Assembly: GCA_964016885.1 (NCBI GenBank)
Contig: OZ024740.1
Span: forward strand, 212,226,001 to 212,290,000
Reading direction: 5' to 3'
DNA length: 64,000 nt
From: Eledone cirrhosa
Lineage: Eukaryota
Below, one piece after another: positions 16,145 to 36,731 of the stretch (positions within the stretch are counted from its first letter, which is position 1; every line of letters begins with the position of its first letter). The notes under the pieces were generated by a model. It searched no databases and was not told the origin of the DNA. It worked only from the letters and a program-made list of their open reading frames with translations. The translations under genes were made by a program, and so were the position numbers.

Positions 16145-17827
16145 TTTGGATTTAATGCTCTGAAATAGCGATATATATGTGAAGACAAACATAGAATATT
16201 CGAAAATATTCTGTATGTTTATAATAAACATTTTGAAGACCCAATCGCTATAGAATAGAATACGTCACGTATTACAATTTGAGATTCTCGATAAAAGCAA
16301 GGGAAGTAACCTACGCGTTTCATTCTTATTAGAAATCATCAGGATTACATATCCAATGCTTTTATCGAGAATGACACAGCTAGAGACTTATAGAATACTT
16401 AGCTGTGTACAGGAACTGGTTTGAAAGAGCGGTAGCTGGTCCGGCAGAAAATAGAATTTGGATTTAATGCTCTGAAATAGCGATATATATGTGAAGACAA
16501 ACATAGAATATTCGAAAATATTCTGTATGTTTATAATAAACATTTTGAAGACCCAATCGCTATAGAATAGAATACGTCACGTATTACAATTTGAGATTCT
16601 CGATAAAAGCAAGGGAAGTAACCTACGCGTTTCATTCTTATTAGAAATCATCAGGATTACATATCCAATGCTTTTATCGAGAATGACACATCTAGAGACT
16701 TATAGAATACTTAGCTGTGTACAGGAACTGGTTTGAAAGAGCGGTAGCCGGTCCGGCAGAAATTAGAATTTGGATTTAATGCTCTGAAATAGCGATATAT
16801 ATGTGAAGACAAACATAGAATATTCGAAAATATTCTGTATGTTTATAATAAACATTTTGAAGACCCAATCGCTATAGAATAGAATACGTCTTCACATATA
16901 TATCGCTATTTCAGAGCATTAAATCCAAATTCTAATTTCTGCCGAACCGGCTACCGCTCTTTCAAACCAGTTCCTGTACACAGCTAAGTATTCTATAAGT
17001 CTCTAGCTGTGTCATTCTCGATAAAAGCATTGGATATGTAATCCTGATGATTTCTAATAAGAATGAAACGCGTAGGTTACTTCCCTTGCTTTTATCGAGA
17101 ATCTCAAATTGTAATACGTGACGTATTCTATTCTAGAGCGATTGGGTCTTCAAAATGTTTATTATAAACATACAGAATATTTTCGAATATTCTATGTTTG
17201 TCTTCACATATATATCGCTATTTCAGAGCATTAAATCCAAATTCTAATTTCTGCCGGACCTGCTACCGCTCTTTCAAACCAGTTCCTGTACACAGCTAAG
17301 TATTCTATAAGTCTCTAGCTGTGTCATTCTCGATAAAAGCATTGGATATGTAATCCTGATGATTTCTAATAAGAATGAAACGCGTAGGTTACTTCCCTTG
17401 CTTTTATCGAGAATCTCAAATTGTAATACGTGACGTATTCTATTCTATAGCGATTGGGTCTTCAAAATGTTTATTATAAACATACAGAATATTTTCGAAT
17501 ATTCTATGTTTGTCTTCACATATATATCGCTATTTCAGAGCATTAAATCCAAATTCTAATTTCTGCCGGACCAGCTACCGCTCTTTCAAACCAGTTCCTG
17601 TACACAGCTAAGTATTCTATAAGTCTCTAGCTGTGTCATTCTCGATAAAAGCATTGGATATGTAATCCTGATGATTTCTAATAAGAATGAAACGCGTAGG
17701 TTACTTCCCTTGCTTTTATCGAGAATCTCAAATTGTAATACGTGACGTATTCTATTCTATAGCGATTGGGTCTTCAAAATGTTTATTATAAACATACAGA
17801 ATATTTTCGAATATTCTATGTTTGTCT
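16145..17827. repeat. Array A: 312-bp HHR-containing tandem repeat, head-to-head inverted (about 2.4 units minus, 3 units plus; junction about 16888-16890)
   Basis: CTGATGA cores at 17044, 17356 and 17668 give a period of 312. Minus-strand HHRs at 16306-16348 and 16618-16660. GTC microhomology at the inversion. (TA)n on both sides. Confidence 0.95.
17038..17080 (+). ncRNA. Type I hammerhead, family A (also 17350-17392 and 17662-17704 plus; 16306-16348 and 16618-16660 minus)
   Basis: GTAATC-CTGATGA-tTTCtaataaGAAt-GAAA-CGCG-TA-GGTTAC. Stem III is the palindrome ACGCGT with a GUA triplet. Stem I is extended by the 16-bp helix ATTCTCGATAAAAGCA/TGCTTTTATCGAGAAT. Confidence 0.9.
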
Positions 17828-17883
17828 ATACATATATATATATATAAACAAGTAAAATATAAAATATACATCGATATACATAC

Positions 17884-17924
<41 letters not shown>

Positions 17925-18117
17925 TATACATACATATACATACACATATACATAAACACATACATACACATACATATACATACACACACCATATAAATAC
18001 ACATACACATACACACACGCATACATATAGAGACACATACATATACACATATAAATACATAGACATATACACATATATATATAAACATACACACATACAT
18101 ATATATATACATTCACA

Positions 18118-18155
<38 letters not shown>

Positions 18156-18240
18156 CTACACACATATATAAACACACTCATGTATATACACACATACACA
18201 TACATACCCACACATATATATATATATATACATATACACA

Positions 18241-18291
<51 letters not shown>

Positions 18292-18350
18292 ATACACACA
18301 TATACACATACACATATACAAAGATATATATACATACACACACACATATA

Positions 18351-18411
<61 letters not shown>

Positions 18412-18840
18412 TATATATACATACATACACACACATACATACTCATACATAGACATACATATATACTCACATACATACACACATACATATACGCATATAT
18501 ACACATACATACACATCCATGTATGCGTATATACATACAAACACCACCACACGCTCACACAACTCAGACATACATAAATAAAGGGATATACATACACATA
18601 TATACATATATAAATAGAGATACATATACACATATAAATATATACACACGTACACACACACACACACATACATACACATACATATACACACGCTCACACA
18701 ACTCAGACATACATAAATAAAGGGATATACATACACATATATACATATATAAATAGAGATACATATACACATATAAATATATACACACGTACACACACAC
18801 ACACACATACATACACATACATACACACATACATATATAT

Positions 18841-18927
<87 letters not shown>

Positions 18928-18940
18928 CATATATATATAT

Positions 18941-21347
<2,407 letters not shown>

Positions 21348-21430
21348 CGTTATTCCGGGTTGAATCGGAGGTAACCACAGTAAGTAAGGTACTCAATACA
21401 TAGCAGAGTATAACAGTTTTAATATAGATG

Positions 21431-21481
21431 AGATTCTACAGGACTAGAACTGTTTCATTCATTTGAAATCATGAGGAATCT
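21431..21481 (-). ncRNA. Hammerhead family D, probably inactive copy (core CUCAUGA, G5C)
   Basis: Reverse complement of 28601-28651 except for CTCATGA in the core and one stem II change. Confidence 0.75.
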
Positions 21482-22333
21482 GGGTATCAAAAAATAAATA
21501 TGGTATTTATAGGTCTCTACAAGTGGTAGGAGAGGGTGGGGAGTGGGATGGGTGCAGGTCATTGGTTGATAGAAAAGGGATTTCATTAAAAGCTAATTCT
21601 ACAAAGCTATAGTTTATTTTTATTTTTATTTTATTTATTTATGTTTTTAGAGTAACAAGGGCAGACAGAATTCTATAAACAGGTTCCGGATGGCCTACCC
21701 TTCCTTGTCAATAAGTTTCTCTCAAGCTAACAGATGTCTATAAAATCAGTGGGGGGTCAGTCATAGTCGATAGAATTAAAGAAAAGGGAGATTCTTTAAA
21801 AGCTAAAGTCATTAAGGTTCTACTAAGTGACAAAGTCACTTAGTAACTAAGTGACATCAGCAGACAGATTCAAAATACTGAGTGCATATCTTACTATTAT
21901 CTTCGAACTTCTCTTAAACTAATCAACTATATGCCAAAAATCAACAGTCACATTCACAAAAAAACAAAAAAAACAAAAAAACACATACTCACTCACACAC
22001 TTACGCGCAACCATAAACACACACACAAACACATATACACACATAAAAACACACACACATATATATAAAAATATATAAATATATATTCATGTACACACAC
22101 GTACATACAGACATACATACACACATACATATATAATACATATATATACAGATACACACACACACATACACATACATACAGACACACGCACATATATATA
22201 TACACAAATAAATACACTCACACGCATACATACAAACACGAATATACATGTATATACACACAAATACACATAGACATATATACATACACAAACATATATA
22301 TATATATATACATACACATATATATATATATAT

Positions 22334-22382
<49 letters not shown>

Positions 22383-22563
22383 CATACATATATATATATA
22401 TATATACACACATACACACATACATACATACACATACATATATACACACACATACGTATACATATATATATACATATACATATACACAAATACATATATA
22501 TATATATATACACATATATACACATGTATACATACACACACACACATGCACAGACACACACAC

Positions 22564-22626
<63 letters not shown>

Positions 22627-22759
22627 CCCATACACACACATATATATATACATATACACACACATACACACAAACACACACACACATATATATACACAAA
22701 TACATATATATATATACATTCATATATATAACCACATACATATATACATACATACACAT

Positions 22760-22818
<59 letters not shown>

Positions 22819-22885
22819 TATATATATACACACACACATAAACAAATATATATACATACAAACACACACACACACATACATACAT

Positions 22886-22917
<32 letters not shown>

Positions 22918-22999
22918 ACGCACACACATATATATATACACACACACACACACACATACACATGCATATGTATAAACATCTATACACACACACACATAT

Positions 23000-23042
<43 letters not shown>

Positions 23043-23142
23043 TATACATATCCATACATATACAAATATACACATACATACACAGACCTATACATAAATA
23101 TACACATATATATACAGACATATAACGCATATATTCACACAC

Positions 23143-23263
<121 letters not shown>

Positions 23264-23375
23264 ATATATATATATATATATACACACACACACGCGCATA
23301 CACACGTACACATACACACACACAAATATATATACACACTCTCTCTCTCACGCACATATATATATATATATATAC

Positions 23376-23474
<99 letters not shown>

Positions 23475-23555
23475 CATACACACACATACATACATACACA
23501 CATACACATACACAGACACATATATATACATATATATACACATATATACACACAT

Positions 23556-23588
<33 letters not shown>

Positions 23589-23614
23589 CATATACATACA
23601 TATACATATACACA

Positions 23615-23664
<50 letters not shown>

Positions 23665-23680
23665 TATACACACACACATA

Positions 23681-23711
<31 letters not shown>

Positions 23712-23770
23712 ACAAATACACACACACACTCATATATATATATATATATATACACACCTGCCCACACAAC

Positions 23771-23879
<109 letters not shown>

Positions 23880-24025
23880 GCACACACATACATACATACA
23901 CACACACACATACATATACATATATATATATATATATACACACACGTATATACACACATACATACATATACATATATACATATATATATATATACATACA
24001 TATATATACATATATATACACATAC

Positions 24026-24056
<31 letters not shown>

Positions 24057-24127
24057 TATACATACACACATACACATACACATACATATACATAAACATA
24101 CATACATACATACACATACATACACAC

Positions 24128-24158
<31 letters not shown>

Positions 24159-24518
24159 CATATATATATAGATATATATATACATACATATACACAAGCA
24201 TATACATACATATACATACATAAATATACACACATAAAACACATATACACACAGACATATATATATACACATATATAAATATATATATATACACACACAC
24301 ATACACATATACACACATACAAACAAATATATACACATACAAGTAAATAGGTACTCAATAAATATACGCATATACGCAGGCACATAAAGACACCTCTACA
24401 GGCAGAAAATGTAGATACGAAAGAGGTACTCACATAACCATAGTGGCCGTATTTCAGGTTGAGGAGGGGTGGGGTAGGGTGGGGAGGAGGTATAGGGGCC
24501 AATAGGGGGAGGTCGTTT

Positions 24519-26430
24519 TTAGCCATCGGGCTTTAACACTGGCTTAAAGTGTTTGAATGTTGCAAAGTTCTTGTGCATGCAGTTCGGGCAGTGTTCAGAG
24601 AGTTTGTTCAGTAGCGGGCCCTTGGCGAATAAAATTTCGTAGCTCTCTGAAATACAAAGGTCGCAGCCCTTGTGTCCTCCGTTGTAAGAGCGCGCTTTCT
24701 GGAGTATTTTCCAATTAAGCGTGAAGGGGGTGGAGTTCCTTTTGAGGTTCTAAACGTAGGAGGCGAGTGTTGTCTGATTTGATTTATCCGGTCTTCTGAA
24801 GGAGTCAACGGGTCTTAAAGTTGTTGGAGGTCATGCCGATGTAAGTTTTTTTGCAATCCTCGGTGCCTGAGATGACATCGCATTTGTATACGATGTCATT
24901 TGTGAGGCATTTGTTTTCAAGTGGGCATGCTTCCTTATTTAGGCAATTACATAGAGCCCCAGTCCGGGGATTGGTTTCGGAGGTGGTTGGCTTATTTAGT
25001 TTAGAATTGTGGTTGGCTATATTCCTAGCTAGGTTAGGTGTGGTGGAGTAAGACAGTCTTATAGTGTTCTTATTAAAGATGGTGTAGTACCTATGTTGTA
25101 TGGTGAAGTGTAATTTCAGTAAAGTGAAGAAAATCCTAGCTATCGGAGTAGATACCTCTCTATTGAAGGGAGGGTTGTACCAGCTAATCTGCCTATGTCT
25201 ATTCCTCCTCTGCAATCTTGCGGTGGTTTCTAGGTAAGTTATCTTATCTTTAAATCCGCTACGGGCTAGGGTGTCATTGTAGTAGGAGGCAGATGCATTA
25301 AAAATATCTTTGTTGGCGGAGAGGCCAGATATTCTAATAGAGACGCTTTTTACTAGGTTATCAGTGATGTTTTGGGGGTGGTTAGAATTAACATTAATAT
25401 ATTTAAGGGACTCGTTAGGTTTGTGGTACGGGTAATAGAGGGAAGTATCTAGGTTGAGAGTGACATCTAAGAAGTTGGCCCTAGTCAAATTAGAATCTAT
25501 AGTTATACTAAATCCTAGATTAGAGAAGAAAGAGCTTAAGTTTTTCCGAAACCCATCGGTGGTTCTGGGGCTAACCTTATGCAGGGCGAAGAGGCCGTCG
25601 TCTCGGTATAAACCTCCAGTTAGGCCGGTAAAGAGGTTCTTCAGGTTATGTAGGATGTACAGGCCCACAAGGTCGCTAATTTCAGCCGAGTCACTCGCCC
25701 CCATGCTAACGTCAAATGGGGTCTGAGATTTCTTGTTGATCCAGTAAGATCCATCGTGGTGTAGAAAGGTCTTACGAGCGTGGAGGATAATAACTTGCTC
25801 AGTATCGGTAATGGTGGTAACATTCCTGGCAAAGTTAATTGCGTCCTTCAGGAGGGGCTCCGAGATAGAGGAATAGTAGTTTTCTATGTCAAGTTGCAGG
25901 AAGCGAGTGTGGTGTTTATCGGGTAATTCTTGGAACCATGATATTGCCTCAGATGTTCTACTCCAGAGTGGAAGTGGTGAGGCTGCCCGCAATGATGGTA
26001 GAACACTATCCAGGATCTTCTTACTGATAGAGCCGATGTCAGAACGAGTGGGGTTGATAAGTCTGACTGATGGTTTGTTGAGGAAATTTCCCTTATGGTC
26101 CTTCAGGGTAAAGTGCGGGGTCTTTACCCTTAAAGGTTCGGTTCGGTCATGTAATTTAAGGGACTTGGCGATTTCTTTTCCGGCCGCGTTTGTCTCAGTC
26201 AGTGCCCTCTCTATTACCTTTTTGTAGGTGGTCGTGATGGTATTTTTTGCCAGCTTATTGTAGGTCTGTGGGTCTACCTCATAAACGTTTATGGTTTTAT
26301 CGGAGGAGACATAAAGATTAGGGGATTTTTTTATATTCCGTAATTCGGCATTTAAGTAGGCCTGGAATGGTGTGGTGGCTCTACGGAATTTAATATCCTT
26401 GATCATCTTGAAGAGGTCCTCTTCAAATGG
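24519..26430 (-). pseudogene. Naiad-type PLE reverse transcriptase plus GIY-YIG endonuclease
   Basis: [82 protein letters not shown].5.CPL..C, VYKC..YIGMT..FKTR. A small deletion shifts the frame at 24805. The endonuclease continues as SFRR..TTLASYV*NLK..W..CDLC..E..LN..E..CMH to TAA at 24519. Confidence 0.93.
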
Positions 26431-26533
<103 letters not shown>

Positions 26534-26919
26534 CATGTGTGTGCATGTGTGTGTGTGTATGTATATATGTGTATATATGTATATATATATATATATATGT
26601 ATATGTGTATATGTATATGTATATATATATGTATACGTATGTGTGTGTATATATGTATGTGTATGTATGTATGTGTGTATGTGTAAATATATATATATAT
26701 ATATGTATGTATGTGTATATATATATATATATATGTGTGTATATATATATGTGTGTATGCATATATATATATATGTTTGTGTATGTATATATGTCTATGT
26801 GTATTTGTGTGTATATACATGTATATTCGTGTTTGTATGTATGCTTGTGAGTGTATTTATTTGTGTATATATATATGTGCGTGTGTCTGTATGTATGTGT
26901 ATGTGTGTGTGTGTATCTG

Positions 26920-26954
<35 letters not shown>

Positions 26955-26967
26955 ATATATGTGTATA

Positions 26968-27045
<78 letters not shown>

Positions 27046-27046
<1 letters not shown>

Positions 27047-27927
27047 ATATATATGGATGTAAATATAATGTATTTTGCAATACACTTTATGCTTAATTAA
27101 AAGCATTTTGAAGACCGTAAGCTATTGTTTTAAAGTAGTGACAAATTCACTCACTTCGATCTCAGCAAACAGGAGGAGATAAGCCGACATGACATGTTTC
27201 GCTTTTGTTGAAGCTTATCAAGGCCAACTACCCCGCCCGTCTACTGAGATCAATGATGTTATATTCTTATAGAAATCTAGTAAATAATCAGGAGCTGATT
27301 ATGCAGAGCGGTTGTTGGTCAGGCTAATCAGCTCCTGATTATTTACTAGATTTCTATAAGAATATAACATCATTGATCTCAGTAGACGGGCGGGGTAGTT
27401 GGACTTGATAAGCTTCAACAAAAGCGAAACATGTCATGTCGGCTTATCTCCTCCTGTTTGCTGAGATCGAAGTGAGTGAATTTGTCACTACTTTAAAACA
27501 ATAGCTTACGGTCTTCAAAATGCTTTTAATTAAGCATAAAGTGTATTGCAAAATACATTATATTTACATCCATATATATATTGCTATTTCAGAGCTACAA
27601 TTCTAATTTTTAATTTCTGCCTGACCAACAACCCCTCTGCATAATCAGCTCCTGATTATTTACTAGATATCTATAAGAATATAACATCATTGATCTCAGT
27701 AGACGGGCGGGGTAGTTGGCCTTGATAAGCTTCAACAAAAGCGAAACATGTCATGTCGGCTTATCTCCTCCTGTTTGCTGAGATCGAAGTGAGTGAATTT
27801 GTCACTACTTTAAAACAATAGCTTACGGTCTTCAAAATGCTTTTAATTAAGCATAAAGTGTATTGCAAAATACATTATATTTACATCCATATATATATTG
27901 CTATTTCAGAGCTACAATTCTAATTTT

Positions 27928-27928
<1 letters not shown>
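27046..27928. repeat. Array B: 317-bp HHR-containing repeat, head-to-head inverted (about 0.9 unit minus, 1.9 units plus; junction 27324/27325)
   Basis: TTGATAA cores at 27405 and 27722 give a period of 317. Inverse copy at 27182-27225. Flanked by (TA)n. Confidence 0.93.
27718..27761 (+). ncRNA. Type I hammerhead, family B, U3-A8 core variant (also 27401-27444 plus and 27182-27225 minus)
   Basis: GGCC-TTGATAA-GCTT-caacaa-AAGC-GAAA-CAT-gtc-ATG-TC-GGCT with a GUC triplet. Stem I is extended by GATCTCAGTAGAC/GTTTGCTGAGATC. Confidence 0.82.
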
Positions 27929-27964
<36 letters not shown>

Positions 27965-28600
27965 TATATATGTATGTGTGTATGTATGTCTGTATGTACG
28001 TGTGTGTACATGAATATATATTTATATATTTTTATATATATGTGTGTGTGTTTTTATGTGTGTATATGTGTTTGTGTGTGTGTTTATGGTTGCGCGTAAG
28101 TGTGTGAGTGAGTATGTGTTTTTTTGTTTTTTTGTGAATGTGTCTGTTGATTTTCGGCATATAGTTGATTAGTTTAAGAGAAGTTCGAAGATAATAGTAA
28201 GATATGCACTCAGTATTTTGAATCTGTCTGCAGAATTCTCTAGACCTTTGTCACTTAGTAGAACCTTAATGACTTTAGCTTTTAAAGAATCTCCCTTTTC
28301 TTTAATTCTATCGACTATGACTGACCCCCCACTGATTTTATAGACATCTGTTAGCTTGAGAGAAACTTATTGACAAGGAATGGTAGGCCATCCGGAACCT
28401 GTTTATAGAATTCTGTCTGCCCTTGTTACTCTAAAAACATAAATAAATAAAAATAAAAATAAAAATAAACTATAGCTTTGTAGAATTAGCTTTTAATGAA
28501 TTCCCTTTTCTATCAACCAATGACCTGCACCCATCCCACTCCCCACCCTCTCCTACCACTTGTAGAGACCTATAAATACCATATTTATTTTTTGATACCC

Positions 28601-28651
28601 AGATTCCTGATGATTTCAAATAAATGAAACAGTTCTAGTCCTGTAGAATCT
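28601..28651 (+). ncRNA. Type I hammerhead, family D (intact core)
   Basis: AGATTC-CTGATGA-short stem II-GAAA-CAG-ttctagtc-CTG-TA-GAATCT with a GUA triplet. Confidence 0.85.
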
Positions 28652-28726
28652 CATCTATATTAAAACTATATATATATATATATGTATATGTATGTATATC
28701 GATGTATATTTTATATTTTACTTGTT

Positions 28727-32648
<3,922 letters not shown>

Positions 32649-32671
32649 TATATATATATATATATATATAT

Positions 32672-33638
32672 ATTTTCTTAATATATTTCATTTTTCTTTT
32701 TCTTTTTATTTCTAAATTTATAGATACATTTATAAATAGGCAGTTTGCTGACACCGCTAAATACTGACCTCTTCTCCCCCCCCACCTACTTTCTGTATCT
32801 GGATCTAAATATGTGTGGCAGTGTTTATGTGCGCGCATTAATGTCCATATGCTTATGATAATAGTATATACACATATATGTGTGTGGGTGTGTGTGTGTG
32901 TATGTATGTTCGTGGTTGTGTGTATGTTTATGCGTATACGCGCGTGTGTGTGTGAATGTACGTATATGTGTGAGTATATGAATGTGTGTATATATTTATT
33001 TTTTTATTTTTTTATTTTTATATTTATATGTTTATATGCGTATACGTATTTTATCTGTAGATTATAAACATACAGAGACATTAGCCTTGAATGTTTGTAT
33101 TTACATACATCTTTTCGGCATGCGTATGCATGTGAACATATATTTTTATGCATATCTGTGAACGAAGTTACTTACATATATACACACACCTAACTGTATA
33201 AACTTTTTGTGTTTTCATTGGTCAATTTGAACTCTGTTCCCAAACAGACCTGTAATTTTGAATTGTTGTTATTATCAATAAATATATTTCATTATTTCTG
33301 AAGACGGCATATATATGTGTTGGTATGTATATTTAATTTTGATAGTTTGTATAATTTTGTATAATTTTGTACATAGATCTGTTGAATATGCATGCCAATT
33401 CTAACACATATATATCCTAGAAACGATCGTTAAATAATGAACTTTTTTTGTTTAATATAAGGAACTGTTTCATTGTTTTATTCATTATTTTTTTAATATT
33501 TTATCTTGACTCTGTATTCCGTTTATCTTTCACCGAAAGTGATTTTTCATTGCATCTTTTCTTTCTATGATATCCTGATTACATTGAGTTCTTCATACGG
33601 ATTGGACACTACCGTAAACTCTTGGTAGATTTATCTAC
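32672..33638 (+). mobile_element. Right arm of pair F, distal part with HHR
   Basis: Inverse of 15251-16076 plus about 130 nt of additional 3' sequence. Ends in (TA)n. Confidence 0.85.
33289..33440 (+). ncRNA. Type I hammerhead with 115-nt stem II (family F)
   Basis: TCATTATTT-CTGAAGA-[33305-33419]-GAAA-CGATCG-TT-AAATAATGA. Perfect 9-bp stem I, palindromic stem III, GUU triplet. Confidence 0.78.
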
Positions 33639-33759
33639 ATATATATATATATGTATATACATATATGTATATATATACATGTATATATATGTATATATAT
33701 GTATATATATGTATGTATATATATATATATGTATATATATGTATATATATATATATATA

Positions 33760-33978
<219 letters not shown>

Positions 33979-33996
33979 TGTATATATATTTATATA

Positions 33997-34077
<81 letters not shown>

Positions 34078-34096
34078 GTATATATATATATAAGTA

Positions 34097-34207
<111 letters not shown>

Positions 34208-34252
34208 GTATATATATATATATATATACATATATACATATATATATTAGTG

Positions 34253-34370
34253 AAGGCGTGTGGCTGAGTGGTTAGAGAATTGGATTCACAATCGTGAGGT
34301 TGTGAGTTCGATTCCTGGACCAGACGATGCGTTATGTCCTTGAGCAAGACTCTTTATTTCACGTTGCTCC
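34253..34370 (+). mobile_element. tRNA-derived SINE head and CORE-like body (truncated)
   Basis: A box TGGCTGAGTGG, B box GAGTTCGATTCC, then GTCCTTGAGCAAGACTCTTTATTTCACGTTGCTCC. Confidence 0.8.
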
Positions 34371-34476
34371 TTCTACCTGGAGTTGCGACCGATAGATAGT
34401 ATTAGCAATTGGAAAGACCAACGGAAACATTGTTCCCTCGGTCCGATTTGACGAAAGTCGATCGTCTCCTTATATA

Positions 34477-34543
<67 letters not shown>

Positions 34544-34598
34544 GTATATATATATACATATATATATATACATATATATATATACATATATATATATA

Positions 34599-35794
34599 TT
34601 GTCATTGTTCTTTCGTCACACACTCTGTGACCTCTTCAGTGACTGGGGATTCCTTTCTTTGTTTCTGTGCCTCTCCTTTGTTCTGTCCTACGCCATTTTG
34701 TTTCAGTGTGTGTGTTGTGTGCTCAGTCTGCGCATGCGCCACATCCGGGTGTCTGTGTGTTTATATTCATTTATTTATTTGTTTATTTACATGTTACTGG
34801 TTGGTTGTTAGTTCTATGTGTGTGTGTGTTTTCATTTTGTCCTTAATTGTAAGTTGTGATGTTGCTGTTCCACTCATATTTTCTATTTAATTTTGGTTGT
34901 AATTCTTTTATGTTTATTGCCTCTGTAATTTGTCGAAACATTGCGTCTTTTCTGTGTGTAGATTCTATTTTTATTTCTATGTTCTCTAATTTACCCTTGG
35001 TGTTCTATTTTAGTATGTTGGTAGAGTACAGATGATTCTTTACTATCTTGACGGTCTCGCCAGTGTTCATTTATCCGTTTCCCTACACTACGAGCTGTCT
35101 CACCTATGTACACTATATTTTTGTCTCTACATTGTCCTTCAGTACATCTTATGCTATACACTACATTTCTAGTTTTACAGTTAATATGGGGGCTTATTTT
35201 ACAGGTTATACATTTCTTATCAATATTAAGATAGTAGAAAGACCAAGTACCTCCGTAAAAACACTTATTAGCAAGACATAACCTATTCAAAGACCCTCAT
35301 GTATAGATAAGAAATGTATAACCTGTAAAATAAGCCCCCATATTAACTGTAAAACTAGAAATGTAGTGTATAGCATAAGATGTACTGAAGGACAATGTAG
35401 AGACAAAAATATAGTGTACATAGGTGAGACAGCTTGTAGTGTAGGGGAACGGATAAATGAACACTGGCGAGACCTTCAAGATAGTAAAGAATCATCTGTA
35501 CTCTACCAACATGCTAAAATAGAACACAAGGGTAAATTAGAGAACATAGAAATAAAAATAGAATCTACACACAGAAAAGACGCAATGTTTCGACAAATTA
35601 CAGAGGCAATAAACATAAAAGAATTACAACCAAAATTAAATAGAAAATATGAGTGGAACAGCAACATCACAACTTACAATTAAGGACAAAATGAAAACAC
35701 ACACACACATAGAACTAACAACCAACCAGTAACATGTAAATAAACAAATAAATAAATGAACATAAACACACACAGACACCCGGATGTGGCGCAT
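34599..35794. mobile_element. PLE family H: GIY-YIG endonuclease fragment as a head-to-head inverted pair (minus arm 34599-35222, plus arm about 35225-35794)
   Basis: Plus arm reads IKIVERPSTSVKTLISKT*..CIDKKCITC..NCKTRNVVYSIRC..C..YIGET..R..EH..H..H..RQITEA..LNRKYEW. The minus arm is the same sequence followed by the 3' UTR and a degenerate HHR (34601-34643). The Cys-rich linker is Neptune-like, but the clade is uncertain. Confidence 0.85.
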
Positions 35795-36118
35795 GTGAGT
35801 GAACGACCAACCATAGACAAGTTGAGAGAGAAACTGTATAAGAGGGATAGGCTGTAGTGTGCGGGAGAGAAGACTGCATTGGTATGGACATGTGATGTGC
35901 ATGGAGGATGACTGCTGGATAAAGAAGTGACAAGAAATGCCAGTAGAAGGAAGATGCAGTCGAGAAAGACCACGAATAACATGGGTGAAGGTGGTGAGAG
36001 CAGACCTCAGATCGAGGAGATGACAAAGGACGGTGATGAATGGAGAGATGCTGTGCTAAATAGGACCTGTCCCACCCTTGTAAGTAGGGAAAAGCAGACG
36101 TAATATGATGATGATGAT
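35793..36118 (+). mobile_element. RTE LINE 3' fragment with (GAT)n tail
   Basis: Near-identical to the reverse complement of about 41215-41478 (RERRLHWYGHV). Confidence 0.85.
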
Positions 36119-36164
36119 ATATATTATATTTTTACTGTAAATTGAATATATATATATATATATG

Positions 36165-36358
36165 TGTTTTAAATATAGTTATATATATATATATATATAT
36201 AAATATAGTTATATATATATAAATATAGTTATATATATATATATATATAAATATAGTTATATATATATATATATATGAATATAGTTTTATATATATATAT
36301 ATATAGTTATATATATATATATATATAAATATAGTTTTATATATATATATATATATAG

Positions 36359-36393
<35 letters not shown>

Positions 36394-36558
36394 TATATAT
36401 ATATATAGTTATATATATATATATAAATATAGTTATATATATATATATAAATATAGTTATATATATATATAGTTATATATATATATATAAATATAGTTAT
36501 ATATATATATATATATAGTTATATATATATATATATAGTTATATATATATATATATAG

Positions 36559-36560
<2 letters not shown>
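36165..36560 (+). repeat. Reiterated (TA)n-(AA)TATAGTT units
   Basis: More than 15 variable-length units ending TAGTT. The seed TGTTTTAAATATAGTT also occurs at 38788-38803. Confidence 0.85.
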
Positions 36561-36646
<86 letters not shown>

Positions 36647-36731
36647 AGGAGGTGTGTTTTATTGTAGTACAATAAAGCAATGCAGATATCGGATAAGTAC
36701 TCTACAGTTTGTAGGACTGGAGTATACATAA

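Larger units (their letters stand above)
15251..18850 (-). mobile_element. Left arm of inverted PLE 3'-UTR pair F (15251-16076 and 17845-18850), interrupted by array A
   Basis: 15251-16076 is the reverse complement of about 32672-33502. 17845-17895 matches 28680-28730 and about 17900-18850 matches 20385-21345. 15557-15655 resembles the Naiad 3' UTR at 9407-9505. Confidence 0.8.

Noticed and set aside
16156-16172. GCTCTGAAATAGC resembling an sgRNA/tracrRNA scaffold
   Set aside because: Short chance similarity, on the strand opposite to the hammerhead.
17557-17567. TAATTTCTG as an Sm site, suggesting an snRNA or spliced-leader RNA gene array
   Set aside because: No spliceosomal snRNA or SL RNA sequence is recognisable and family C lacks the motif. 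It is kept only as part of the conserved A/B domain.
24805-24807. In-frame TGA in the Naiad ORF as possible selenocysteine (some Naiads encode selenoproteins)
   Set aside because: The TGA is created by a frameshifting deletion after FKTR and is not at a conserved Cys. The Cys motifs in all three Naiad fragments use normal codons, and I saw no convincing SECIS.
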